DNA of 64,000 bases from Tortispora ganteri. Its lineage: Eukaryota. A program made the translations under genes and the position numbers. The stretch spans positions 1-64,000 of the forward strand of contig PPNB01000027.1 in NCBI GenBank assembly GCA_003707115.1. Reading direction: 5' to 3'. The notes under the pieces were generated by a model, which ran no database searches, was not told the DNA's origin, and saw nothing but the letters and a program-made list of their open reading frames with translations. This document shows positions 20,113 to 30,532 of this stretch, one piece after another; position 1 is the stretch's first letter, and every line of letters starts with the position of its first letter.

Positions 20113-22026
20113 ATGATCGAAAAGAAGAAAAAGATCAAGAAAAAATCTACTAAAAGGAATAAAGCTCGCGTTAAAGTAACTGATGAAGTTTTGACAGATA
20201 TTGGATCTCTTGACTGGCGACCTATTGACGATGAAATGATAGATATCGAAGAACTAGATGGTGTAGCGGTGGAGTACGAGACTCAAGGCGATATGAAAGT
20301 TGCAAAGTATTATAAGGCAGTCAATACTAAACCTGTTGTTGAAAGTGAACCGAAGAAGGAACAAGCCGATGAAATTGAAGAGGTGGTAGACTTTTCATCA
20401 CTCAAGAACGATTTAGAGGTAGATTTACCTGAATGGAATATGGGCCTAAGCAATGATCTGTTAAAAGGACTTCATGATCTAGGGTTTGCCAATCCTACTG
20501 AAGTGCAAAAATCTGTCATACCTGATGCATTAAATGGTAACGATATAATTGCAAAGGCATCAACTGGTTCAGGCAAAACACTGGCTTTTGCTTTACCTAT
20601 ACTGGAATCCAGTCATGATCTTGACCACGACCACCCGCATGCGATAATTATAGCACCTACAAGAGAGCTGGTGCTGCAAATAGTTAATCATATTAAAGCG
20701 GTAGCAAAATTCACCTCATTTTCGGTTGCTTCAGTCACAGGTGGCCTGGCGGTGCAAAAGCAATTACGTCTTCTCAGCCAGAATCCAACGATTGTGGTAG
20801 CTACACCGGGTCGATTTGAAGAGCTCATAAGAGACCACTCTGAGATAATGGAAAAGTTTAGAATGAGTGAATTTCTAGTTCTAGATGAAGCAGACAGATT
20901 GCTTGAAGAGGGTCATTTCAAGAACTTGGATCAGATATTCAATTTGATTCGCCCTAAACAAGGCGGCAGACAAACAATGGTTTTCTCTGCAACTTTTCAA
21001 AAGTCTCTAACTAAAAAAATGAAACGCGGAAGCTTTCACAGTAATCTTGCTGGAGATTCAGATGTCATGGCGTATTTATTACGTCGTTTGAAGTTTCAGT
21101 CAAAGGAGCCAAAGTTTATAGACTTGAATCCAAATGAAACAGTTGCAAAACAGGTATCCGAATCCTTTATCGAATGTACTGCAAATGAGAAGAATCTCTA
21201 TTTGTACTACTTTTTATTGAGGTACCCTGGTCGGTCTCTGATATTTGTCAATTCTGTTCATGCAGTTAAACACCTTGTCCCTCTATTAAAGGAGTTAAAC
21301 CTGCCTGCAACGGGTATCCAGTCGCACATGATTCAGAAGCAGCGTCTTAAAAGTCTCGACACATTCAGGTCGAACAAGAACGGGATACTTGTGGCCACTG
21401 ATGTTGCCGCAAGAGGACTTGATATCCCTGGTGTTGACCATGTCGTCCACTTTCAGCTGCCTCGGTCTGCGGATATATACGTCCACAGAAGTGGACGTAC
21501 AGGTCGAGGTGAAGCTAGCGAAGGCCTGTCTTTAATACTATGCGCCCCCGAGGAACTTTCAGGATTTAAGTCACTAATGAAGCATTTGGACAAGTCAAGT
21601 TCCGACATAAAGTCTTTCCCCAACATCCAGCATCGCGCAGCGGCGCAGCTTTCAGATCGCGTGAGAATAGCCAAACGAATCACGGATGCGGTATTGGCTA
21701 ACGGACAGAGTGAGTCGGCGAAAAAGTCCTCTAAGAATTCTTGGCTGAAGAAGGCGGCCGAAGACCTCGGAATCGAGGACGAAGAACTTGATAAAGTAAG
21801 TATAGACAAGAAGACCGCAAAGCAGCAACTTCCTCCTGTTCAGATCAAGCGTCTCCGAGGTGAACTTAAGCAGCTGCTTAAAATGCCAATTAATGAATCC
21901 GCACAGTCAATGAACTTCATCACTGCAGGACGAGAAAACCTGGCGCAGAGGCTCGTTGAAGGTACTGCACACTCAACCTTCTTAGGAGCTTCAATGTCTA
22001 CAGCATTACGAGATTTACGCAAATGA
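20113..22026 (+). CDS. MAK5: DEAD-box RNA helicase Mak5/DDX24 (60S biogenesis)
   Basis: ASTGSGKT, PTREL, GGLAVQKQ.RLL, DEADRLLEEGHF, YVHRSGRT, and SWLKKAAEDLG in the C-terminal region. Confidence 0.92.
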   Translation: MIEKKKKIKKKSTKRNKARVKVTDEVLTDIGSLDWRPIDDEMIDIEELDGVAVEYETQGDMKVAKYYKAVNTKPVVESEPKKEQADEIEEVVDFSSLKNDLEVDLPEWNMGLSNDLLKGLHDLGFANPTEVQKSVIPDALNGNDIIAKASTGSGKTLAFALPILESSHDLDHDHPHAIIIAPTRELVLQIVNHIKAVAKFTSFSVASVTGGLAVQKQLRLLSQNPTIVVATPGRFEELIRDHSEIMEKFRMSEFLVLDEADRLLEEGHFKNLDQIFNLIRPKQGGRQTMVFSATFQKSLTKKMKRGSFHSNLAGDSDVMAYLLRRLKFQSKEPKFIDLNPNETVAKQVSESFIECTANEKNLYLYYFLLRYPGRSLIFVNSVHAVKHLVPLLKELNLPATGIQSHMIQKQRLKSLDTFRSNKNGILVATDVAARGLDIPGVDHVVHFQLPRSADIYVHRSGRTGRGEASEGLSLILCAPEELSGFKSLMKHLDKSSSDIKSFPNIQHRAAAQLSDRVRIAKRITDAVLANGQSESAKKSSKNSWLKKAAEDLGIEDEELDKVSIDKKTAKQQLPPVQIKRLRGELKQLLKMPINESAQSMNFITAGRENLAQRLVEGTAHSTFLGASMSTALRDLRK

Positions 22027-22181
22027 AGGAAACGAATTAACGGACTACAAAAGAATTCGTACGTTGTTGTAATAGTGGCACAAATATATGCGGCTATTAA
22101 AGTTTAATAGATGTCTTATACTCCACCGCTCTGCTGACCCAACCAACCATTCGTTAAAACTGCGGCAACGTGATTTGAACA

Positions 22182-22778
22182 ATGACGATATCATCGAAAC
22201 TTCGCACATTTGGCATTATATTAGTGTCTCCATTGATGCTGATATCTGGGTTTGCATTAGCGGGTGGAACTTACTTAAGATATACGATGTACCTGCAGCA
22301 GAAACATATAGCCGAGCAGCAGGCGCAACAGCAGAGGCAATCAGCGGCAACAATGTCTTCTGTGCACTACTCTAAGCAAGACGATGCGAACGAGTCGAAA
22401 GGATCTAGTGGATCTAGTCAGTCTAGCGGAACTGGCGGATCGAAAGGCAAATCCGATGTTCAGTCGGATAAACCTCCTGAGAAGTCAATAACGTTGACAC
22501 TTCCGTTGCTAATTCCTAAATACCATCCAGATCCAAAAAACCCAGGGTCTATTCCGCTAAATCCGTTTGAATTAATCAAGCGATTTACTTTTTTTCCAGA
22601 CTCTGAAAAACCAGCATTCGACGCTCCACAAAAGATCCAAGAAGATACCGAACTAAAGATCGATGAGAATGATCCCTGGCTGGGTCAACATCCATGGGAA
22701 GAAGCTAACAAGATGTCTTATAGATCACTATTTATTCCTATCTCTGATAAGGGAATTTTGCATCCAAAATTCCAGTAA
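22182..22778 (+). CDS. Hypothetical protein with N-terminal hydrophobic segment
   Basis: 198-aa ATG-initiated ORF filling the gap between MAK5 and EMC1, protein-like composition, no family recognised. Confidence 0.65.
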   Translation: MTISSKLRTFGIILVSPLMLISGFALAGGTYLRYTMYLQQKHIAEQQAQQQRQSAATMSSVHYSKQDDANESKGSSGSSQSSGTGGSKGKSDVQSDKPPEKSITLTLPLLIPKYHPDPKNPGSIPLNPFELIKRFTFFPDSEKPAFDAPQKIQEDTELKIDENDPWLGQHPWEEANKMSYRSLFIPISDKGILHPKFQ

Positions 22779-22940
22779 AAGGAAATTGCTTTGGCCAATG
22801 TCTATATATCTCACAATAGGTACGATTCACGACTTCGAAATTTTCCGTATTATATAAATCACCACACATTTTTGGTGTATGTTGTGTGTAAACTCTACCC
22901 ACTTCACCTTCCATCTCCACTCCCTGGTCACTTGCTAAAG

Positions 22941-25061
22941 ATGTTCTACATCCTGGTTTTGGCAATTACCATTGCAGCATGGCATCTACCAAGCCTAGGA
23001 ATGTTTGATTGTTTGAACACTGCCATAATAGAAGACCAGTTGTTGTTCGTGGGGCTTTCTAGCTCTAACATGCTCGCTGCGATCAATATAACCGATGGCT
23101 CGACACTGTGGAGACACCATCTGCCACATGCATACCGTCTAGTCGCCTCTAAAAACATTGCCGTACTAGAATACGTTCCTGCGAGCAATTCAACTCTTCT
23201 AAAAATATACGATTCTCTTGATGGACTGATTGTCCACGAAACGCATCTGCCACATCCTGCTATGGGCTTGTCCCAGGACGATACATACTTATATATACAC
23301 TCCAAGCAAGCCATGTATCGGGTGGACTGGGTTGCAAATATTGTCTCGAAAGAGCCAAAAACGCCCCCACCACGCGAATCATGCATGAAAAATGGCACAG
23401 AATACACTGTTGGTGGCTACTCTCTATTCGTCCAGCCTGATGGTGGCCTACAAACCTATGTAGACTCTAGTCTGCTTTGGACTTACGCACCTATATCATC
23501 TGAACAGGTTATTTTTATTGATAAACCATATAAATTGACTTTGCCTGAATCAGTCCAGCTTGGCTTGGACATGCAATCATGGAAACGGAGGTGGAGTCTC
23601 CTCTTATATCGCATCAAGGTACTACTTAGCCCTACCTCCTTAAAGGGACACTTGCATGATTATTTGAACTTTAAAACTCATCCAGACTTTGGACTTGAGA
23701 AAATACTGGTGCGATTAAGTACAGCCGGTTCTCTACATGCCATAGATACTTCAGACCCAAAGACAGAATTATGGTCCATTGATTCATTGCTCCCTCGCGA
23801 TTCATTCGCGCACTCGATACTCGTCTCTAACGAAACTATTTTTGTCGCCAACACCTCTACTGTTTTTACTATACATGGAATTACTGGTGATATAATATCA
23901 ACTCATTTCGGTCATGTTTCAGCGAACCATGGCTGGTTTTTTTTAGTAGATGGTACTCCTACCTATATTTCTCAGAACGGAGAATCAGTACATCTCGACA
24001 AGACTCCTTACACCCCTGACAATGATATTTTTTTGCACGAATCATCTGATAAAGAGGTACGTGGTTATGTACTTGAAAAGGGAAAATCGCATCTACGAAA
24101 TATTTGGCACTTCAAAACCCCCCAAGACTTCACTATCAGGAATACAGCCGTTAAAGATCTTGAAGATACAGTCGGATCGGTCGGCAGAGTATTAGGTGAC
24201 AGAACTGCACTATTCAAATACTTGTACCCTAATGCAATGGCTGTCATTATGGTGAACGATATTACGGGAGAAGTCCTCTTTGTACTTTTAGACCTGGTCT
24301 CCGGTCAACCACTGGTGACGTACGAAGGCGACAAAATCGATCCTGATGTTCCTATTTTATTAACGTACGGCGAACACTATGTGGTGGCTACTTATCCGTC
24401 TATTACGGAGCAGACAAGAGCTACTGTAATTCTGGTATTTGATTTATACGAGTCCTATAAACCGAATACTCGTCTGACAAGACCATCAGAGAGCTCTGCA
24501 CTGAAGAAAAACCTCAAACCTGCAGTCTATTCTAAGTCCTATCTTTTTGATGCTGATATTGTGGCATTATCATTCACTAGGACATTACATGGAATCACTT
24601 CCAAGAATTTACTTCTGGCAACTAGAGAAGGCCGAATTCTTTCTATGCCTAGAATGTTTCTTGACGGCAGACGTCCCGTGTACAACACATGGTTAAGAGG
24701 CTCTTCGAAGTCCAAAAAGAGTCCTGTCTCAAAAATAGAAGCCATGGAAGGACTTATAGCATATGAACCAGAGATACCTGATAACGAAAAGCTACTTATC
24801 TCAGGAGCTAGCTATGTCTATGGTATAAAACATATAGTTTGCTATCCATCATATCTTGAATCTACACTTCATGTCGCTTCCTTCGGCGAGGATATATTCT
24901 ACACTCGAATATCGCCTTCTAATACATTTGATATGCTACCTGAAACATTTTCGAAGTCACAGATAGTACTAACATGTGCTGCGCTGACGATTGCAGTGTA
25001 TATTCTGAAACATCTAGCTGATCGCAAGCAGGTAAGGGAGAAATGGAAGGTTGCTAGTTAG
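22941..25061 (+). CDS. EMC1: ER membrane protein complex subunit 1
   Basis: Signal peptide from ATG 22941, LAAIN..DGSTLWRH, GRVLGDRTALFKYLYPN, TLHGITSK, LESTLHV, SPSNTFDML, C-terminal TM. Confidence 0.92.
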   Translation: MFYILVLAITIAAWHLPSLGMFDCLNTAIIEDQLLFVGLSSSNMLAAINITDGSTLWRHHLPHAYRLVASKNIAVLEYVPASNSTLLKIYDSLDGLIVHETHLPHPAMGLSQDDTYLYIHSKQAMYRVDWVANIVSKEPKTPPPRESCMKNGTEYTVGGYSLFVQPDGGLQTYVDSSLLWTYAPISSEQVIFIDKPYKLTLPESVQLGLDMQSWKRRWSLLLYRIKVLLSPTSLKGHLHDYLNFKTHPDFGLEKILVRLSTAGSLHAIDTSDPKTELWSIDSLLPRDSFAHSILVSNETIFVANTSTVFTIHGITGDIISTHFGHVSANHGWFFLVDGTPTYISQNGESVHLDKTPYTPDNDIFLHESSDKEVRGYVLEKGKSHLRNIWHFKTPQDFTIRNTAVKDLEDTVGSVGRVLGDRTALFKYLYPNAMAVIMVNDITGEVLFVLLDLVSGQPLVTYEGDKIDPDVPILLTYGEHYVVATYPSITEQTRATVILVFDLYESYKPNTRLTRPSESSALKKNLKPAVYSKSYLFDADIVALSFTRTLHGITSKNLLLATREGRILSMPRMFLDGRRPVYNTWLRGSSKSKKSPVSKIEAMEGLIAYEPEIPDNEKLLISGASYVYGIKHIVCYPSYLESTLHVASFGEDIFYTRISPSNTFDMLPETFSKSQIVLTCAALTIAVYILKHLADRKQVREKWKVAS

Positions 25062-25199
25062 ACGGTTTATGTTACCAGCAAGAATGAATTTGAATGAAAC
25101 CAGCCTATTAAGTATAATTAGAAAAAGCAGAATAGTTCAAAATATAACTGGCGCCTTTTAAGACTATGCTCATATAAAATTAATGCAAAAAAGAAATGG

Positions 25200-25281
25200 C
25201 GACGCCAGCAGGACTCGAACCTGCGCTCCCAAAGGGAAAGAGATTTCTAATCTCTCGCCTTAACCGCTCGGCCATAGCGCC
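25200..25281 (-). tRNA. tRNA-Ser(AGA), intronless, long variable arm
   Basis: GGCGCTA/TGGCGTC acceptor stem, D arm GCCGAGCGGTTAAGGC, anticodon arm AGAGA-TTAGAAA-TCTCT, T arm GCAGG-TTCGAGT-CCTGC, discriminator G, downstream oligo-T. Confidence 0.97.
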
Positions 25282-25453
25282 TTAACTTATAATTAGCAAA
25301 TCGTGTTACATTGGCAACCTGAAAACCATTTATAACTTTAAATACATTATGAAAGCACATAATCTGTCACGTATACCCCGATGCTTAATACCAACACACA
25401 TACTTAAGACTCAGTAATAACCATTACATCCCTTAACCCACCATAACATTAGC

Positions 25454-27493
25454 ATGTCGTCGACTAGTTTACGCGATCGTCAAATTGGTAAGTTTTTTCA
25501 TCAATTTAATGAAGTTAAGCTTGTACTTTTGTGTAAAGATGACTAACAGTACAAAGCCGCAATTGAACGTATCCTGCATTTGAATAAGGATGTACAGAAG
25601 GCAGAGGTCGTTATAAGCACCGATGACAAAACATTAGAGAATATTGTACCAATTTCAGAAGATGAAACCGTCTGGAAGGTCTTGGTATTTGACAAACTTG
25701 GGGAGAAAGTCTTGGCACCAGTTATGAAAGTCTCAGATCTTTACGATAATGGCGTCACGCTGCACATCAGATTGGACTCTGATCGGGCTCCGATTCCCGA
25801 CGTACCGGCCGTGTACTTAATTGCTCCAACGCTAGATAACTTGAAAAGGGTTGCACAAGATCTGAAGGATGGCATATACGAAAGCATATATCTGAATTTC
25901 CTGTATAGCATACCCCGAAGCCTTCTTGAGGAGTTCGCATCCATGACTATCAGCACTGTTTCACAAATTAGTCAAGTTTATGACCAATACCTAAACTTTA
26001 TTGTTATGGAAAATAATCTTTATAGTCTGGGGATGCCTCAAGTCTATTCTACGTTGGGAAGCCCTAAAGTCAGCGACAGCGTGATTGAACAGTGCATCGA
26101 CGAGATAGTAAACGCCTTGTTTAGCGTTGTGGTCACAATGGGCAGTATCCCTATAATTCGTTGCCCTAAAGGCCATGCAGCTGAAATGGTCTGTCGCAAA
26201 TTAGACCAGCGTCTTAGAGATGCCGTTATAAATGCTCGAAGTGGCACGTTCAACTCTTCTGACTCGAATCCGCTTGTCGATTTTGTCAATGGAACAGGGG
26301 ACACAAACTCAACTTATCAGCCCAACCGTTCCAGACCTGTGTTAATAGTGCTGGATAGAAATATAGATCTTACACCAATGATTTCTCATTCATGGACCTA
26401 CGAAGGCCTAGTACACGAAGTTCTAGGCATCAAATTAAACAGAGTGGTGCTCCCAGCTACATCTACTAGTCCTTCCAAAATATACGATCTGGATGTCAGT
26501 GATTTTTTCTGGAAAGAGAATGCGTCTTTGCCTTTCCCTCAAATGGCAGAGAATCTAGACCAAGAAATCTCCAGGTACTCGAAAGAGGCAGAGTCGGTTT
26601 CAAGGACTACCGGAGTCAACTCTATTGAAGATTTGAGTAATTTAGACCTTAACTCGGATGCTCAACGTCTCAAGACTGCCATGACTTTATTGCCCGAAAT
26701 GGCTGCTAGAAAAGCTACTCTGGACATGCATATGGCTATAGCCACTGCATTGATTGAAGGTATCAAATCACGAAAATTAGATGACTATTTTCAAATCGAG
26801 GAAAGCATGTTCAAGCAAAACAAGCAAGCAATGCTGGACTTGATAAAGGATCCGAAAAGAACTGACTGCAATGATAAAATGCGATCATTTTTGATTTTTT
26901 ACCTTCTTTCAGACCAGGTATTAAGCCCTGCCGATATTAAAGAATTTGAAGCTGCACTTGTCGAACAGGGATGCGATTTGAATCCTTTTGAATATATAAA
27001 GCGGGTGAGAGAGATTACTCGTATGACTATGATGACTTCTGGAGCAGCACCTGCGCAACAGGCTGGAACCACTAGTGATCTGTTCAAAGGTATAAGCACT
27101 TTTGTAAAAGACAGTGGCATATCAGGAAGGTTGAATGATTTAGTCTCGGGAGTGAAAAACCTTCTTCCGGCGAGCAAAGATCTTACCGTAACCAAGATTG
27201 TGAACTCTATAATGGATCCAGCTGGATCCACTGAGGGAGATGCCACGGAGGACTACTTGTATTTCGATCCCAAGGTCACCCGGGGCTCCTCCAATAAGCC
27301 CCCTAAAAAGCAACCGTTTGATGAGGCAATCGTTTTCATGGTTGGCGGTGGAAACTATACAGAGTATGCTAACCTGCAAGAATGGGCATCGCACCGTGTA
27401 CCTAAAAGAAGAGTTGTTTACGGAAGCAGCGCTATTCTAAGTCCAAATGAGTTCCTTTCGGAATGCGCGAAACTAGGAGAGGACTCGCATTAA
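25454..27493 (+). CDS. SLY1: Sec1/Munc18 family ER-Golgi trafficking protein Sly1; exons 25454-25487 and 25557-27493
   Basis: Spliced N-terminus MSSTSLRDRQIAAIERILHLN, WKVLVFD, PIPDVPAVY, HSWTY, VGGGNYTEY. Intron 25488-25556 (GTAAGT, GACTAAC, AAG). Confidence 0.95.
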
Positions 27494-27600
27494 GAACAAA
27501 ATTCTTAGTATAAGCGTATCAAGACTCATTATGTTTGATATATGTATTTTATTATCGTAAACATGCATAACTATAGTCGTGAATAATTGACATCTTCTCG

Positions 27601-28791
27601 TTAATGTTCTAGAAGCGCTTTTAGACGGTTCTGTTCATCCCATTCTCGGATCTTTATCAGCAGTTTATCCAAAAGTCGTCCAGCCATAAACTCCTGTACG
27701 CCGTTTATAGAATATCCAGATCTATGATCCGTCACTCTGTCTTGTACGAACTGGTATGTACGATGTTTGTCGCTGCGATCTGTTCCAGTTACCTGCTGTT
27801 TTCGTTGTTTTCTTTCTTCTTCTTCTTCTTTGGCGCGCTTTATTTCTGCTAGCCTTCCGGCTAATATGAGCAAAGCACGTGCTTTGTTTTTGTGTTGAGA
27901 GCGGGTCTCCTGAATGAAAACTGTTGTGCCAGTAGGAATATGGACCACTCTAACTGCTGATTCTGTTCTATTTACATGTTGACCTCCTGCGCCAGAAGCT
28001 CTTGTGACATCTATTCGAAGTTCTTCGGGTGAAAAGAGATTTTCAATAGCTTCTGAGTTATTTTCGTCATTAGCTGACTCGTGCGGGAGAACGATAACTG
28101 CCGCTGTAGAAGTCTGCATTCGACCTTTCGTCTCTGTAGCAGGGATCCGTTGCACTCTATGAACACCGCCTTCAAATCGAAATGTTTCATATGCACCTTC
28201 TTCTTCAACGGTTATAATTTCTTCACTAATTCCACCGTAAGCAGTGGCTGATCGAGATAATACCTGAAAGCTCCAGTTTTTTTCTTTTAGGTACCTCTTG
28301 TACATGTCCATCAGTTCCGCCGCAAATAGTGCCGCTTCATCGCCACCAATCCCCGGACGAACCTCAATAATGCACTGCTTATCTGCAAACGGGTGGCCGG
28401 GAAGCAGAATGCTCTGCACTTGCGCGGATAACTGAGAGAGCTCCTGGATCAGCGCTTCTAATTCTTGTTCAGCGTCTGCACGCAACGCCGGATCTTCAAT
28501 TAGCGGTTCCAACTCATTAACTGTACCTACTGCGGTTTCATATTTCTCTAGAAGTTTTACGCGATTCCGTAGTAGACCCAGTTCTTTGCTTTTAGCCGAA
28601 TCAAAACTCGTTTCGAGTCGTTTCTCGAGATTTTCACATTTCTGTGCGAGCTCCAAACCACGCTTCCACAACAGCGGGTGAAGCGGCTTGATATGGTCCA
28701 CAAGAAGCGACGAGCTAGGAACTTTCTGCGATAAAAATCTTTTAGAAAAACATGCTTTGAAAAGTTTTGAGCGAATGTGCGCGGGAATCAT
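27601..28791 (-). CDS. MRF1: Mitochondrial peptide chain release factor 1
   Basis: GGDEAALF, HRVQRIPAT (PxT), GAGGQHVN, presequence-like N-terminus. Confidence 0.95.
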   Translation of the reverse strand: MIPAHIRSKLFKACFSKRFLSQKVPSSSLLVDHIKPLHPLLWKRGLELAQKCENLEKRLETSFDSAKSKELGLLRNRVKLLEKYETAVGTVNELEPLIEDPALRADAEQELEALIQELSQLSAQVQSILLPGHPFADKQCIIEVRPGIGGDEAALFAAELMDMYKRYLKEKNWSFQVLSRSATAYGGISEEIITVEEEGAYETFRFEGGVHRVQRIPATETKGRMQTSTAAVIVLPHESANDENNSEAIENLFSPEELRIDVTRASGAGGQHVNRTESAVRVVHIPTGTTVFIQETRSQHKNKARALLILAGRLAEIKRAKEEEEERKQRKQQVTGTDRSDKHRTYQFVQDRVTDHRSGYSINGVQEFMAGRLLDKLLIKIREWDEQNRLKALLEH

Positions 28792-28873
28792 CTCACGCGA
28801 GAATGCGGTAAAAAGTGAAAAGTATAGAAGAAATAGACTTTTTGTGGGGTATTAAGACCTAGATATAACTTCA

Positions 28874-30532
28874 ATGGAAGCAAAGCAGATCAACAGTGGT
28901 AGTAGTTTTAATTTTCAATCTAGGAGGTCTGTAGTTCATTCCACAAAAGGTATTGTATGCAGTTCACAAACGCAGGCTTCTGCTGCTGGCGTGAAGATTC
29001 TTGAGAAAGGCGGGAATTGCGTCGATGCTTGCGTAGCTGCAGCTGCAGCTTTGACAGTACTCGAACCACATATGACTGGTATTGGAGGTGATATGTTTGC
29101 TTTATTTTACGAAAATTCTACCAAATCTGTTTACGGTATAAATGGGTCTGGCAGAAGCCCCGCAGGACTCACCTATAAACTCGCCAAATCTGTCTCGGAC
29201 ACTCCACGACTTAATGCCGAGTCTATACATGCAGTCACAGTACCCGGTGCTTTTGCCGGGTGGGTAGATTCAATTGAGAAATGGGGATCGGGATTGTCTT
29301 TGGATGAAATACTGGCACCCGCTATAGATATGGCTGAGAATGGATGGCTAGTAGGCGAGATTACTGCCGACCTATGGGAGAAAGGCATTGCTGCAATTCG
29401 GCGCTGGCCGTCGAACGGCACCTCTTTGCTTACAAAAAACGGTCTAGCTCCAAAAATGGGCGAGTTTTTTACTAACAAAGAGCTTGCAAATACCTTCAGG
29501 GTACTAGCCAAGGGAGGCAAGCAGGCATTCTATGACGGACCGATTGGAGACAAGATTCTAGAAGATTTGCAGAAGCGTGGGTCAACAATGGTTAAGCAAG
29601 ACTTACTAAATCACAAATCTACTTTTGTAGATCCTATAAGTCTACAATATGATGACTTGAAAGTATGGGAGATTCCCCCCAACGGACAGGGGCTTGTGGC
29701 ATTACAAGTACTAGGAATGTTTAAATATACCAACTGTGAGACTGCTCAACACAACAGCGTTGAGTATCTGCATGCTATAATAGAGCTTCTAAAGCTAGCG
29801 TTTAACGATGCCAGCAGACATATAGCTGATCCGGAACATATGACTATTAGCGCTGAGGACCTGCTATCGGACGCTTACCTAAAAAGCCGAGCCTCTGTAT
29901 TCAGCAAAGAACATGCCAAACACGAACTGCTGAAGGATTCCATGTACGATTCTGATACTGTATACCTCACTGCAACAGACAAAGACGGAAATGCATGTAG
30001 TTTCATCAACTCTGTATATCAACTTTTCGGATCTGGATTAGTACCTGAAGGACTGGGATTTGCGTTGCAAAACCGTGGAGCCAATTTCTCTTTGTCTAAG
30101 CGGTCGGCAAATACTGCGGGTCCAAGCAAAAGACCTTATCACACAATTATACCTGCTATGGTGACTAAAACGAATGGAGATCTGTATTGTACATATGGAG
30201 TCATGGGCGCCTTCATGCAACCTCAAGGGCACGTACAGGTGTTTTTGAATATGCATAAGTTTGGCATGAATGTTCAGGAAGCGCTAGACGCACCTAGAGT
30301 CTGTGTTTCGCCGTCTATAGATGGATCGACTGAAGCAATCATCCAGATCGAAGAAGGCATCCCAATCGACGTGATCGAAGGACTAAAAGCAAAAGGCCAC
30401 ACTATTGAGATTGTACGTGGTACTGAACGGGCACTCTTCGGCAGAGGCCAGATAATCAAGGCTGAGGAAGGAACAAGGTACAGCGGAGGCAGTGATCCGC
30501 GGGGCGACGGTTCAGCCATTCCTCAAGTCTAA
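28874..30532 (+). CDS. Gamma-glutamyltranspeptidase-family Ntn hydrolase, soluble YwrD-like type
   Basis: GGNCVDA, TGIGGDMF, PPNGQG, nucleophile Thr in SDTVYLTATD, KRPYHTIIP, MQPQGH, SDPRGDG. No signal anchor. Confidence 0.9.
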   Translation: MEAKQINSGSSFNFQSRRSVVHSTKGIVCSSQTQASAAGVKILEKGGNCVDACVAAAAALTVLEPHMTGIGGDMFALFYENSTKSVYGINGSGRSPAGLTYKLAKSVSDTPRLNAESIHAVTVPGAFAGWVDSIEKWGSGLSLDEILAPAIDMAENGWLVGEITADLWEKGIAAIRRWPSNGTSLLTKNGLAPKMGEFFTNKELANTFRVLAKGGKQAFYDGPIGDKILEDLQKRGSTMVKQDLLNHKSTFVDPISLQYDDLKVWEIPPNGQGLVALQVLGMFKYTNCETAQHNSVEYLHAIIELLKLAFNDASRHIADPEHMTISAEDLLSDAYLKSRASVFSKEHAKHELLKDSMYDSDTVYLTATDKDGNACSFINSVYQLFGSGLVPEGLGFALQNRGANFSLSKRSANTAGPSKRPYHTIIPAMVTKTNGDLYCTYGVMGAFMQPQGHVQVFLNMHKFGMNVQEALDAPRVCVSPSIDGSTEAIIQIEEGIPIDVIEGLKAKGHTIEIVRGTERALFGRGQIIKAEEGTRYSGGSDPRGDGSAIPQV

